Assembly (NCBI RefSeq): GCF_000497125.1
Contig: NC_090599.1
Location: forward strand, 868,001-932,000
Length of the DNA: 64,000 bases
Direction: 5' to 3'
DNA from: Spironucleus salmonicida
Lineage: Eukaryota
The stretch's first letter is position 1. Each line of letters starts with the position of its first letter. Position numbers and translations under genes: made by a program. The notes below the pieces were generated by a model. That model worked only from the letters and a program-made list of their open reading frames with translations. It was not told where the DNA came from and searched no databases. Below, piece by piece: positions 13,316-24,453 of this stretch.

Positions 13316-13957
13316 ATGCGCCATTTTTCATCGCCGCAGGCCGTCGTGCAGCATCTCCTGCGCGTCTCCACGTCGCTAACGCTCGCGATTCTGCCGCTTT
13401 CGCGCGGCGCGGGCCGCGCGGCGCTGCGGGACGTCTGCCTCACGGTTCTCCTGGGCGCGTTTTCGGGCCTCGACGCCGCGCTGCCGCCGGATGCGATTTC
13501 GCGCTTCCTGGCGCAGCAAATCGCCCAAAATCTTCAGGTTCTGCGCGCCGTTTCGGGCGTCGCGGCGCCAGAATTTCGATTTTGTGACAAAATAGGAAGG
13601 GGAAAAATAGGAGTGGAAAATCAAAATGAATTTGAAATCTCAACGTTCTATTTTTGCGCATTTCCGGCGTCGCTAAAAGTGGAGCGGAGTCCGTTCCAAA
13701 ACCTCGAATTTGAAGCGCAGGAAAATGCTCGCGAGCACGCTCTGGAATTCGCTAGAATTCAGGCGTTTTTTGGCGTCAAATCGGCCGATTTCGAGGCCGA
13801 AAGTGCCGTTCGCGCGTCGCGTTTGTACGAATTGGAGCGGGTGGCGCGCGGGGTCAGCCGGCTCCTGGGCGGTGCGCACGAGCACGTGCTGGCTGCTGCA
13901 GAGCTGCTGCTGCGCTGTTACATCGAGGGCGGAAAATTTGACGCGTTGGTGGAGTGA
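13316..13957 (+). CDS. Hypothetical protein, 213 aa
   Basis: ATG-initiated GC-rich ORF with helical composition; ends GAGTGA. Confidence 0.65.
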   Translation: MRHFSSPQAVVQHLLRVSTSLTLAILPLSRGAGRAALRDVCLTVLLGAFSGLDAALPPDAISRFLAQQIAQNLQVLRAVSGVAAPEFRFCDKIGRGKIGVENQNEFEISTFYFCAFPASLKVERSPFQNLEFEAQENAREHALEFARIQAFFGVKSADFEAESAVRASRLYELERVARGVSRLLGGAHEHVLAAAELLLRCYIEGGKFDALVE

Positions 13958-14502
13958 AGTTAAATCGTGTTTATATTGTATAATAATAGTAATAGGGTGT
14001 AAGTGGAAGGGAAAAATAATAGTATTTATATTGTATAATAATTATAGTAGTTGTAAGGATGAAAATAATGGAAATAATGGAAATGAGAATTAAAATGAGA
14101 ATTAGTAGAAGCAGAATTGGAATTAAATGAAGGGAAGGAGTAATGGATATTTGAATGAGCGGGAAGTTAACGGAGGGCAAGTTAGCTTGCTTCAGCATGA
14201 CCGTTGGGAATATGTGTTCTAGGCGGCAGGAGTGAGTGTAGGGGGAGGTTGGCAGGCAGAGTTGGCAGATAACGGTAGCAGAAGATGGGAACCATTAGGC
14301 AAGCGTAGTGTATGTGGCTGGTATTTCAATCAGTCTTATTTTAAAAGTTAAAGTCCGTAGTTTTCTGCAGTAGTCCTAAAAATGCTCTATGCAACATCGT
14401 TTGCTCGCCACTGTGCAATAGTTAATACAGCTGAGGTAAGACTCAGTTGCCCATGTCTCCACGGATAGTCTATCGATGCTGCATTTTTTGGAAGGGGCTC
14501 AC

Positions 14503-15165
14503 TCAGACGCCGACCACGCGCAGGTACAGCCGCAGCCATGCAGCCAGGAGCACGAACAGGTTCACGACCCCCAGTGCGCAGGCGACCGCGTTGAGGGCGT
14601 TCCCGGCGAGGGAAGCAGCCGCCAGCGTGCTGAAGTCGAAGCCGTGCACCTGGGCCGCAAGGACGAGGAACACGTTGGCGGCGAGGCGCGAGAGTAGCAT
14701 CTTGCAGTGGGCGAAGAACAGCTGCTGCACCGCGCCGAGCCTGCACAGCCCGAGGAGGAAGGCCGCCCCGGCAGCACCCAGGAACACCGCCCGGATCGTG
14801 GCCGTGGGGCCTGCTGGCAGCGTCAGGACCGCGAGCTGGGCGGCGATGGCAAAGAGCAGCGCCGCGATGGTCGCCACCAGCACGTACACCTGGGCGCCCT
14901 GGGAGCGCAGCGGCAGGTTGTCGCTGAACTGGAACCAGCGCTCCGCGAACACATCCCCAAAGAGCTGCTCGTTCTCCTGCGTGCGGTCCGCCAAGAAGCC
15001 GGGGCGCGCCCGCTTCGGTTTCTGCTTCGATGCGAGAGGCTGTTCCGGGATGCTAGGATGCTCCTCGACGCGGAAGTTCGGGTTGGGAACTGCAGGGGGT
15101 GCGATATCCATCTGGGGTTGTGGTTCTGGGGACACGTTGCTGTCGACGCGGACTGCGAAGTCCAT
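14503..15165 (-). CDS. Four-TM membrane protein with Pro-rich N-terminus, 220 aa (cassette gene A, solo copy)
   Basis: MDFAVRV...; about 4 hydrophobic segments; near-identical to 28095..28757. Confidence 0.75.
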   Translation of the reverse strand: MDFAVRVDSNVSPEPQPQMDIAPPAVPNPNFRVEEHPSIPEQPLASKQKPKRARPGFLADRTQENEQLFGDVFAERWFQFSDNLPLRSQGAQVYVLVATIAALLFAIAAQLAVLTLPAGPTATIRAVFLGAAGAAFLLGLCRLGAVQQLFFAHCKMLLSRLAANVFLVLAAQVHGFDFSTLAAASLAGNALNAVACALGVVNLFVLLAAWLRLYLRVVGV

Positions 15166-15226
15166 TATTTGGAAGGATGTCTTGCTTGTCCCCTTCCAAT
15201 TTAGTGAAAACAAAACAAATTTCGCA

Positions 15227-15535
15227 ATGATATGTAACTAATTAATTCCATTATCATGCGGTTTTGGCCGGGTTTGTTTGGATTCTGGAGTTTGTGCACC
15301 GCTATAATCTCATGAGCTTTATTTATCTCCTTGTAATGCTGATAGGTTTTGTGGTGTTTTAAAATGTCACGAACTTCTCTGCTCAGAATGTAGAAATGGC
15401 GATATTATAGATTAGTATATGTGTCAAGGTGGTAAGATGGTTTTATAGAGTCGTTTTACAGGTCTTGGTGTCATAGCAATAATTGGTTGGTTAGTGGCAG
15501 CTGGGGCATTTATGCTTAGGAGCCATAAGAAGTGA
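15227..15535 (+). CDS. Small cysteine-rich membrane protein, 102 aa
   Basis: MICNQLIPLSCGFGRVCLDSGVCAP...CHELLCSECRNG...GLGVIAIIGWLVAAGAFMLRSHKK*; Cys-rich ectodomain, C-terminal TM, basic tail, AAGTGA. Confidence 0.7.
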
Positions 15536-16158
15536 TTAATTATATATAAATATATTATACTATATAATGTATATCTTTGTATTCCACTAAATCAATTTAG
15601 GTCAGAAATATAAGCCAGAATGATTCCATCTTAGTAAGGGTAATATTGATAGGTTAATTATGCTATCCATAGCGGTTTACTTATGAGGGTTAAAAACAAT
15701 AATTACTAAAAAAGAAGTAAACCTCCTCTTAAAATAATTTAAGTAAAATTATAAATACTTTAATTGCAAAAACAAAATAATTTTCAACGACTCTATGTTA
15801 GTTTAAATTATATATGATATCATATACCTAATAAAGATAAATATTGAAGACCTTATACTTTGAAATTTATTAACCAGTGAACATTTACTTTTACTTATAT
15901 TTTGTGATTATGAAATTAATTACTATATAAATAATAGTATTATGTATATTTATTAGGAGGACACTAAGAAGTGAAAATCAGAAAACTCAAATCTCATGAT
16001 TATAAACTTTTTAATTAGTGTACACATTTTATTTTTATACAATTGTATACATTAATTTTATCCATTTTTTGTATAATAATTAATATTATGAAACATTATT
16101 TTTACAATTCTAGCTTTATTTCTAAGTTTAAGATATCCCCATTTTACCATTTCTTTAA

Positions 16159-18162
16159 ATGTCTTGCCATATTCAAAATTGCGTAAGTACGATTCCTCCA
16201 TGCTCATGCACGCGGTGCCAGAATGGATTTACTCCTTCCAAAGATTAGGCTATCTGCCTCTAAAACACATTCTGCAAAACCTGCTTCAACGCCAGGCGCG
16301 TTTGCGACCCCAGTGGGGCCTTTAAGTGCAATGAGTGCTCCGGGCAGCCCTCCGAAGACGGGATGCAGTGCCTTGACAACACTGTATGCGCAAGCTGCAC
16401 GAGGCTGGAAAGATGCACCAGCATGAACGGAGAACTCTCGTGCACGCCTTGCAGCTCCGGCCAGATCTCCTCGTTCGACAAGCAGACATGCATATCGGCA
16501 AGCCAGTGCACCACATGTCCCCCGAATACGCACTGCGTGCAGGTGGTGAGCGAGAGCTCGTTTTCCGCGTCGACCACCTGCCGGTACTGCGCAGACAACA
16601 TGCCGAGCTCGGACGACCGGCTGTACTGCTTTAACAAGGCTGCCTGCGAAGTTTGCGCGGCAAGGGGCGAAGTATGCACCCCGGAGGGCGCCTGCTAGGC
16701 ATGCCCGAGCGGCACCGTTCGGAGCGACGACAGCACTGCATGTACCACTGCTCCCCCCTGCGATACGATTTTCGGCTGCCAGCGCTGCGAAAATAACGTC
16801 TGCGCTGCCTGCGCGCCGGGGATGGCCGTCGTCAGCGGCGGATGCGGGCCAGCGACCAGCTGCTCGCACGTCTAGAACTGCCTGATTTGCGACGGGTCCA
16901 GATGCAAGGTGTGCCAGAAGGGCTTCAAAAGCGAGTATGGACGCTGCTACGAGGCCCTCTGCAGCTCCAGCGAGGAGTGCCCCGACATCGTCGTGAACAG
17001 CATATCGTGCAGCCTCCAGGATGGCAAATTCCAGTGCGTGTGCAAGTACGGCGAGCAGCTTTCTGACGACAAGAAGATTTGCCTGAATAGTGACGCATGC
17101 TACGACTGTATCAAAAACAAACAGATCTGTACGATGAATGCAGGCGGGACCGCGTTTGAGTGCCAGGACTGCCCCGAGGGCACGATCTTCCAGACCGATA
17201 GGTGCCTGACGAGCTGTGCTGGATGTGCCGAAGACGAGTTTTGCGGGTATTCCTACTCCGCCAAAAAGTTCGAGTGCCAAAAATGCCCAGACGGGCAGCG
17301 CATAAACCCCTCTAAGACCGGCTGCGCGCAGAGCTCCTGCGTGGAAGACTGCGCAGCTGTACACCCTGACTTCGCGTGCGTGTTCGATGGGAAGTCTTTT
17401 CAGTGCACCTGCCCAGACGGGGGGAAGCTAGACAAGGGGAGTGGAAAATGCGTTGCCGATGGATGCAGAAACTGCAATTAGTTCCAGGACGTGTGCATCC
17501 TGGGCGCGGACGGGTTTTCCTGCTATTGCAGCAATGAGAACTACCGCTATGATGCCCAACAGGGCTGCGTGCCGGACTGCGCGGGCGACTCGGCGAAGTT
17601 CTGCAGCTTTAGGGGCAAATGCAACGACAGAAGCGAGTGCGTCTGCACGGGCCACTTCGCCGGCAAGAACTGCGAGGGCTGCGCAGCAGGGTACGAGCTG
17701 CACACCGGCGTCTGCATGGCGAGCACGTGCTTGGGCGAGGCGCACTGCAACGGCAACGGCTACTGCCAGCTGGGGCTCTGCAACTGCTTGCCGGGCCACG
17801 GGGGCACCAACTGCGAGGTATGCCCCACCGGCGCCCGCTTCGACGGCGCGAGGTGCGTCAGCAACAGCTGCGGGCTGGGCAGGCAGTGCGACGGGCACGG
17901 GCGGTGCCAGGACGACATCTGCCAGTGCGACGCCCTGTACGAGGGCTGGAACTGCGGGAAGTGCCAGGACGGCGTCCTGCGGAACTTCGCGGGCGAGTGC
18001 CTGCCGGACGGGGCCGGCGCCGGCGCGGTGGTGAAGTCTGGCGCGGGGATGGAGATCGCGGGGATCGCGCTGGCGGTGCTCTGCGGGGCCCTGCTGGTGG
18101 TCGTCGTGGTCGTCGCGGTGAAGTGCAGCGCGAGGAAGCGCCAGAGCGGGCCGTGGAAGTGA
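16159..18162 (+). CDS. Cysteine-rich membrane protein (CRMP/VSP-like; CxxC and EGF/tenascin-like repeats), 667 aa, copy 1
   Basis: ORFs 16363.., 16909.. and 17491.. are in one frame joined by TAG/TAA; TM IAGIALAVLCGALLVVVVVVAV; tail KCSARKRQSGPWK. Confidence 0.9.
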
Positions 18163-18251
18163 TGGTAATTTGTGCTGAGGGAGGGGTTTCTTTCTGGGGT
18201 AGTGGAATATAATACGATTGCGAACAACGCTACTAATTGGCGTTTCCAAAA

Positions 18252-19073
18252 ATGGCATTCGTCTCGCTGCTCGACAGCTCGGACTCCGAGGTGTACATCC
18301 AGGAGCTGTCGCGCAACGTGTCCTACCTCGAAGAGCAGGACTGCATCCGGCGCATGCGGCGGCTGCGCCAGCTCGAGGCGCTCCTCCAGCAGGTCGACGC
18401 CGAGCTAGCGGTTTACCTCCCAAGGTTCGAGGAGGACTGGGAGACGTGCTCGATTGTCTTCAACGACATGGTGTCCGACGCCGCCATCCAGTCAGAGACC
18501 GAGAGGCGCGTCCGGGACTGCGAGGAGATCCTCGCGATCCAGCAGATGATCAACGTGCAGCCGGCCTCGCGCGGCAAACCCGTCACCTTCCAGCTAGAGC
18601 GCTCCGTGCAGATTCCGAAGCAGAAGCCCCAGAGCGTGCTCTTCAGCGGCTTCAAGATCAGCCTGCAGGAGGTGGGGCTCGCGCATTCTACCGCGAAAAC
18701 GCAGTCCGCGCGAAGGCAGCAGCAGCTCACCGACAGACTGTACCCGGCCCACACGGAGCGCACGCAGCCCGTCGCCAGGCAGGTCCCGACGCCGCCGCCT
18801 GTTCTCCGGCCACGCGCCCCCGCGGGTATCCTGAGCAACCCGCCGTCCCCGTACAAGGACCTGAAGGCGATCATGGACGCGGGCCCGGTGTCCCCGGGGC
18901 GGCACGCGCAGACGCTGCAGGACATCCGAGTGTAGGCCCACCGCGCTGGGGGCCGGCGGCAGAGCGTCCTGCGGTACCAGGCCCAGCTCGCCCAGACGGT
19001 CGGCGGCGCTGCCCCGAGCCACCCTCCGGCAGAGGCGAGCCCGTACAGCAAGCGGCTCGAGGGGCGGGAGTGA
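18252..19073 (+). CDS. Hypothetical protein, 273 aa (cassette gene D, copy 1)
   Basis: MAFVSLLDSSDSEVYIQELSRN...; reads through TAG18933 to GAGTGA at 19073; coiled-coil-like N-half and Pro-rich C-half. Confidence 0.75.
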
Positions 19074-19148
19074 GCCAGGTTCGCCGCCACTGTGCCCTGG
19101 GCCTCCCGGAGAGGCTAAAGATTGGCACCAGCCGAATTGCAAAACCGC

Positions 19149-19730
19149 TCACTCGGGCAGGCACTCGCGCCCGATCAGCCGCTGGCGCACCAGCCCCTCG
19201 CCGATGGCCTGCAGGCGGTACCGCACCTGGATGTCCGTGCGGCCCTGCACCTTGTCCGCGATCAGCCGCCACCTGCGCGGCGGGGACCCGGCGACCGCCG
19301 CCACGAGCTGGGCGTCCTCCGCGGGGCTCCACTTGCCCTTGCGGATCGCGGGGTTCGCCACGCGGGCCCAGCGCTGGTTGCACTGCGCGGGGGACCGCAC
19401 CGGCGCGCCCGGGACCTGCCGGTGGATCGCCCGCGCGATGTGCGGCCAGGTGCCGCGCTCCGGGCACGCCGCGAGCCGCCGCAGCAGGCTGTCCTCCTCG
19501 GGCGCCCACTCGCTCTGCGCGCGGCGGGTGCGGCGGGGGCTGTCGGACGCCTCGGAGGCCGCGAAGCTGGAGGACACGTCCGCGCGGGCCGAGGGCGTGG
19601 CGCTCAGCGTGCCGGTCTCGAAGTCTGCGGGCGTGAACAGCAGGGGCGCCGAGTACTCCTGGCCGAGGTCGAGGTCGAGGCCGAAGGAGAGGTCCGCGAA
19701 GGAGACCTTGGAGGGATAGTCGAAGTTCAT
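19149..19730 (-). CDS. Two-repeat (R2R3-like) Myb transcription factor, 193 aa, copy 1 of 5
   Basis: WAPEEDSLL...TWPHIA...RSPAQCNQRW...NPAIRKGKWSPAEDAQL...RWRLIADKVQGRTDIQVRYR. Confidence 0.93.
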   Translation of the reverse strand: MNFDYPSKVSFADLSFGLDLDLGQEYSAPLLFTPADFETGTLSATPSARADVSSSFAASEASDSPRRTRRAQSEWAPEEDSLLRRLAACPERGTWPHIARAIHRQVPGAPVRSPAQCNQRWARVANPAIRKGKWSPAEDAQLVAAVAGSPPRRWRLIADKVQGRTDIQVRYRLQAIGEGLVRQRLIGRECLPE

Positions 19731-19786
19731 TGCGGAGTGGGGCGGGCGAAATATCGCTGCGGGCGGCCCGAGTGCGGTTTCTGCTT

Positions 19787-20587
19787 ACCGCTCCCCGTTT
19801 TTTCTGCGGCCCGAGTAGAGCGGTGAGTAGAGGGGAGCGTATAGAATAAGGAGTGGACAAGCAGTTGATATCATAGTAACACTGCTAAAAATAGAAATGC
19901 GGATATTCATAGATGCATGCAGGAATGTATTATTACTAAATATAATATTTAATGCAACGTTAAAAATATCGTAGCATATTACTAGTTGCATTTTCTAATA
20001 AATACCAAGCACCAATATATTTATAACAGAATATAGTCAACATTGCGTATTCCTCAGTTAACTGAACGAACCTAGCGTATATGGTTGGCATGTATCTATT
20101 GGCTGTGCGACTCTGCAAACCAACTAAAGATTGCCAGCTATTTGGTAGGATTCTATCTAGCAGCTATGGATTTTGACGGAAAGCCTGAGCCAGCACCCTC
20201 GCTGGCATGACTCCTCACCCAACTCCCGGCTGCCAGCTCCATAACAGCACGAGCGCTTTGCGGGACCGGGCATACGAACAGGGTGTAACCGGGTGCCAGC
20301 ATAGCAAGCAGCCGCATACTCCGAAGCCACCCAGCGCAATCCCCTAGCCTGGCCAAAGCACGGAAGCACGTAACTATGGGGCCAGCTGCACACCAGCATG
20401 GGCAAATAGAGTTGCCGTTGGTGGAATTTTGCTACCTCCGGCGCGGCCAGAGAAGGTAATTCTTCCCTCCGACTCGCATGCCGGCCAAAGGCACCGCGGC
20501 GGGACCCTCGGCTTGGCGCAGCGGCAAGGGCACTTTGCATGCGGGTCTGCCCACCGCTCCCCGTTTTTTCTGCGGCCCGAGTAGAGC
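19787..20587. repeat. ~730-bp intergenic module flanked by a perfect 35-bp direct repeat (19787..19821 and 20553..20587)
   Basis: ACCGCTCCCCGTTTTTTCTGCGGCCCGAGTAGAGC occurs at both ends; the module recurs at ~30.4-31.3, 36.4-37.2 and 44.9-45.7 kb and partly at 57.7-58.2 kb. Confidence 0.85.
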
Positions 20588-20610
20588 CCGGTCTACGCGG
20601 CCCGCTCCTC

Positions 20611-21489
20611 ATGTTACGGGTTCTCGCGCACACCGTGTTCGCCGCCGCCGCCCTGCCCTCCGAGGCCCTGCTGCTGCTCGCCGCGCCGGACGACCCGATG
20701 CTGGAGCTGCTGGACGGCGTCTGCGCGCAGGTGGACGTGCCCTGCGGCGCGGTGGACTGCGGTCTGGAGGCGGCCTTCTGCGGGGGCATCCCCGGTGCCG
20801 GTGCGTCCCAGTACGTGATTCTGCAGAGCGGCCACTTCCAGCCCGTCCCCCGCGAGAAGGCGGCCGCGAAGTACGCCGCGATGTGGTTCCAGGACATGTT
20901 CTGCACGGACCTCTGCCACGAGCTCCGCGCGCAGCTGCGCCTCCACACGGTCTTCTCGGTCCGCGGCCCCGCCTCGGTGCGCGCCGACTTCCAGGCCCAG
21001 CTCAACCGCTTCAAGCTCGCCGCCGTGTTCGTCTTCGCCGAGGACGCCGCCTTCGCGCTCTCCGCCAACCTGGACGGCCGGGACTTCGCCTACGAGGGGC
21101 CCTGCGACATGGGCCACGTCGCGCGCTTCCTGGCCTCCCGGACCAACTCGGCCCTGCCCCGCGCCGACGGGAGGGGGCTCTCCGCGCTGCTGGCCGGGGG
21201 CGAGGCCACCGTGCTGCTGCTGCCCGACTTCGGTGCGCACGCCGCCGCGCTGGACGCCGTGTACGCCCGGGGATACGAGCGGGTGCTCTACGCGGACTGC
21301 TCGCGCGTGCCCGACTACTGCAACCGCTTCAACGCGCTCCAGGGCGGGGCGGCGGTGCTCATCCGCGGCGCGGCCCAGCAGTACGCGGTGCTGCGCGGCG
21401 AGGTGGGGGCCGTGCTCGCGCAGCTGGCCTCCGGGGAGTTCGCCATGCTGAGCGAGGCGGAGCTGGTGCAGCAGCTGTCCAGCGAGTGA
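20611..21489 (+). CDS. Putative redox-inactive PDI-like / multi-thioredoxin-fold protein, 292 aa (cassette gene C, copy 1)
   Basis: GAVDCGLEAAFC, YEGPCDMGHVARFL and YADCSRVPDYCNRF resemble PDI-domain signatures; no WCxxC. ATG20611 chosen because the upstream ATG lies in the module. Confidence 0.6.
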   Translation: MLRVLAHTVFAAAALPSEALLLLAAPDDPMLELLDGVCAQVDVPCGAVDCGLEAAFCGGIPGAGASQYVILQSGHFQPVPREKAAAKYAAMWFQDMFCTDLCHELRAQLRLHTVFSVRGPASVRADFQAQLNRFKLAAVFVFAEDAAFALSANLDGRDFAYEGPCDMGHVARFLASRTNSALPRADGRGLSALLAGGEATVLLLPDFGAHAAALDAVYARGYERVLYADCSRVPDYCNRFNALQGGAAVLIRGAAQQYAVLRGEVGAVLAQLASGEFAMLSEAELVQQLSSE

Positions 21490-21499
21490 GCCGCCTTCC

Positions 21500-22240
21500 T
21501 CACGCCCCGCGGTCCCAGGCCTGCAGCCGCGCGAGCTCGAGCCCCAGGTCCGCCTCCCCGAGCGTGCTCGTCACCCCCAGCGCGGGCAGCGGCCAGGCGC
21601 CCAGCACCTCCGCCAGCGCCCACACGGAGCGCGCGCCAAGGAGTGCCCGGGGGCGGCGGCCCTTGAACTCGGCCGTGTCCAGGTCGTCCGTCAGCGCGCC
21701 GGGGCAGCCGCAGAGGGTGGCGAGTCGGTCCGCGGCGCACTGGAGGAGGCTGCAGTCGAAGAAGCAGCGCTCCGGGTACTCGCCGTCCTCGCTCGCGCGG
21801 CCCCGCACCAGCAGGTCGAAGTCGGCAGGCCCCAGCGCGGCGGTGGCGACGCGGAGAGCGGCGAACTGGGCGTGCAGGAGGGGCAGCAGCGCCAGGAACT
21901 CGTCGCGCGCGTACGCCTGGAACGCCCGCCGGAGGGGCGCTGGGGCGCGGACGGCAGGCGGGGAGCGCGCGAGCAGCACGGGCGTGGCCATGCAGGCGAG
22001 TGCAGCCGCGGCATGGGCCCGGTACGCCCTGCGGATGCCGGGCAGGTCCACGTGGCGCGGAGGGTGGGGCAGCAGGCAGGCCAGGTAGAGCACCGCGGGG
22101 GCGCTCGCGTGCCCCAGGAGCCCGAACAGCCCGAACAGCGTGGCCGGGTCCTCGACGTCCTGGGACTCCAGCCGGGCGAGGACGCGGCGGGACCGGCTGC
22201 CGCTGACGAAGGGCCGCAGGAAGGCCAGAGCGCTTCGCAT
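21500..22240 (-). CDS. Hypothetical protein, 246 aa (cassette gene B, copy 1)
   Basis: ATG-initiated, strongly G/C-ending codons, tightly packed between neighbours; conserved at 28771..29511. Confidence 0.7.
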   Translation of the reverse strand: MRSALAFLRPFVSGSRSRRVLARLESQDVEDPATLFGLFGLLGHASAPAVLYLACLLPHPPRHVDLPGIRRAYRAHAAAALACMATPVLLARSPPAVRAPAPLRRAFQAYARDEFLALLPLLHAQFAALRVATAALGPADFDLLVRGRASEDGEYPERCFFDCSLLQCAADRLATLCGCPGALTDDLDTAEFKGRRPRALLGARSVWALAEVLGAWPLPALGVTSTLGEADLGLELARLQAWDRGA

Positions 22241-22253
22241 TTTGGAAGGGGCC

Positions 22254-22628
22254 TCAGACGCCGACCACGCGCAGGTTCACGACCCCCAGTGCGCAGGCGA
22301 CCGCGTTGAGGGCGTTCCCGGCGAGGGAAGCAGCCGCCAGCGTGCTGAAGTCGAAGCCGTGCACCTGGGCCGCAAGGACGAGGAACACGTTGGCGGCGAG
22401 GCGCGAGAGTAGCATCTTGCAGTGGGCGAAGAGCAGCTGCTGCACCGCGCCGAGCCTGCACAGCCCGAGGAGGAAGGCCGCCCCGGCAGCACCCAGGAAC
22501 ACCGCCCGGATCGTGGCCGTGGGGCCTGCTGGCAGCGTCAGGACCGCGAGCTGGGCGGCGATGGCAAAGAGCAGCGCCGCGATGGTCGCCACCAGCACGT
22601 ACACCTGGGCGCCCTGGGAGCGCATCAT
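22254..22628 (-). pseudogene. 5'-truncated, internally deleted copy of 4-TM gene A (124-aa open frame)
   Basis: Lacks the N-terminal ~85 codons and a 36-nt in-frame segment (FVLLAAWLRLYL) relative to 28095..28757; ATG ATG occurs at the junction. Confidence 0.7.
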
Positions 22629-22853
22629 CAGGTTGCTTATATCACCAATTCCTTCATTTATTAACCCTTTCTACCCTTGAATTTTTAATTCCCAGCTCAC
22701 ACTCGCCGCTCTACGTTTTCGACACAAATTTTTAAACTTAATATAATTATATAATAATCAATATATCAAATTTTTTAAAATCCCCTTCCTTTTATCCCAC
22801 ATATTTCTTATTATTATACATAATTACCCAAAATATTTTCCCCTCCCACAAAA

Positions 22854-23552
22854 ATGGCGGAATCGAATTTCAACCTGCTGGAAATCGTGCACAAGTTCAA
22901 AACCTACGAGGAGTACCTCGACTCGCACATCAAGCCCGAGGACCTGTTCTTCCTGAATTCGCTCGAAACGGCGCGCAGGATCGTGGAAACTTCGTCGCTG
23001 AAATCCGAAATTCTGAAGAGGGACGAGTTCGAGTCCGCAAAACGTGAAATTAACTCACAGAAACAGCGCGGGCAGTCGTACCAGACCACGAACTTCGCGT
23101 CTGACGGGGCGAACGTGGACGAATTTCCGTTCCTTTTTGCGCTCAAACAGCGCGAGCAGCTCGTAAAGGAAGGGAAACTGGCGGTCATCGTGTTCTTACG
23201 CGACAAGAACCACAGCGGGCAGGAGATTTCGGGCTACATCGACTACGGCCAGAGGCTGAAAAACGAAGATTGCAGAGGATATTTTTTGCGGCAGAAAAAA
23301 CTGCTCCCCAAGAGCACCGATTTGAGCTTTTACAACTGGGACACGCAGTTCGTTAGCAGCATGGCGAGCGAGAATTTCGAGCTAATGGCTGATAATGAGG
23401 CCGGATTTCTGTTCAAATGCAGGCGCGACAGAAAGGTCATAAACGTTAATCCGGGGGCTGTGCTGGACGAGAAGAGCGTTAGGCACGTGATTGACACGCA
23501 CGAGTACGTGCATTGCGTTATTTACGACCACGTGCTGAGAAGAAAAATGTGA
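22854..23552 (+). CDS. CFAP299: Cilia- and flagella-associated protein 299 (DUF4464/C4orf22 family), 232 aa
   Basis: YEEYLDS...DLFFL...ARRIVE; PFLFALKQRE...KLAVIVFLRDKNHSGQEISGYIDY...LLPKSTDLSFYNW; VIYDHVLRRK. Confidence 0.85.
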   Translation: MAESNFNLLEIVHKFKTYEEYLDSHIKPEDLFFLNSLETARRIVETSSLKSEILKRDEFESAKREINSQKQRGQSYQTTNFASDGANVDEFPFLFALKQREQLVKEGKLAVIVFLRDKNHSGQEISGYIDYGQRLKNEDCRGYFLRQKKLLPKSTDLSFYNWDTQFVSSMASENFELMADNEAGFLFKCRRDRKVINVNPGAVLDEKSVRHVIDTHEYVHCVIYDHVLRRKM

Positions 23553-23616
23553 GCATTTTATTTATATATGATTATTATATATTATATATTAATAATAATG
23601 TTTTGCATAAATTAAA

Positions 23617-24045
23617 ATGCTGACTTTCTACTAACTCGACTAAATTCAAGAAACCGCTGCCGCCGGCGACGACACGATAGCTGCGTTAATCAAAACACAC
23701 AAATTCACTATTTCGCAGCTTCCAATTACCGCTGCAAATCCCTTATAGCTTGCTCCTCTAACATTCGAATTTGAGAACCTTTTTGCTTAGCTGGAGGAGT
23801 GCAAAAAAATTGCTCAAAACTAACAGATCGCTGGGTTCATGTCCCGCTGCGCTGCTTTTTTGCCGCAGTCGAACTTCGCAGATTTCGACGATTCGAGCGA
23901 CGGCGGCGTAGAGGTCCAGGAGCTCGCAGAGGCCCCGGGTTCTTGCCGGCACGCGCCGATTTCGCTACCTGAATTTCGGAGCGGAGGCGCAATTCTGCGC
24001 GGCTGTGGCGCGTGCGGGGCGCGCTATTTCTGCGCCGTCCAGTGA
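23617..24045 (+). CDS. Hypothetical protein with C-terminal CxH...CxxC zinc-ribbon-like motif, 142 aa
   Basis: Code-6 extension of ORF 23839..24045 to ATG23617; SCRHAP...RGCGACGARYFC; ends CAGTGA. Confidence 0.65.
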
Positions 24046-24057
24046 GCCGTCGAAGCG

Positions 24058-24453
24058 TCACTTTACTGCGATGACATGAGTGAACGAAATCAACCGCCTG
24101 CTGGCGCTGCTGCAAAGGAGGAGAGACAGCGCTATCTGGAGCCCCACGGCGCCCAGCGCCACGCGATTCAGCCCAAATTTGCCCGCGAAAAGTCCGGCGA
24201 AAAATAGCGAAAAGTTGAATTTAAATACGAATTGAGAGGCTTTGGAATGGATTCTGAGCGAAATGCAGCGGGCGTTGAACGTGAGGACGCCGGAGAAGAG
24301 CATGAGAGCTGGAAGCGACGATATGGTGCAGTTTGGGGAAGATGATAAATAGCGAAAATCTGCGTAATACGTGTCATAGTAGACTACTGAGGAGATTAAA
24401 ACGATTAGTAGGGGCCCTACGCCTAGATTTTTGTATGGGATGAGAACGTTCAT
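24058..24453 (-). CDS. Putative small multi-TM protein, 131 aa
   Basis: Hydrophobic ORF ending AAGTGA, convergent with 23617..24045; a competing + strand ORF exists at 24076..24345. Confidence 0.5.
   Translation of the reverse strand: MNVLIPYKNLGVGPLLIVLISSVVYYDTYYADFRYLSSSPNCTISSLPALMLFSGVLTFNARCISLRIHSKASQFVFKFNFSLFFAGLFAGKFGLNRVALGAVGLQIALSLLLCSSASRRLISFTHVIAVK

Larger units (their letters stand above)
16347..22635. repeat. IR-A left arm (GC-rich six-gene cassette); inverted copy at ~28340..34721
   Basis: Same genes in mirrored order and strand; near-identical sequence apart from small indels and patches. Confidence 0.95.

Noticed and set aside
24076-24345. + strand 89-aa code-6 ORF (MSERNQPP...)
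   Set aside because: Overlaps the antisense 131-aa hydrophobic ORF that ends in AAGTGA; unresolved, minus-strand gene preferred
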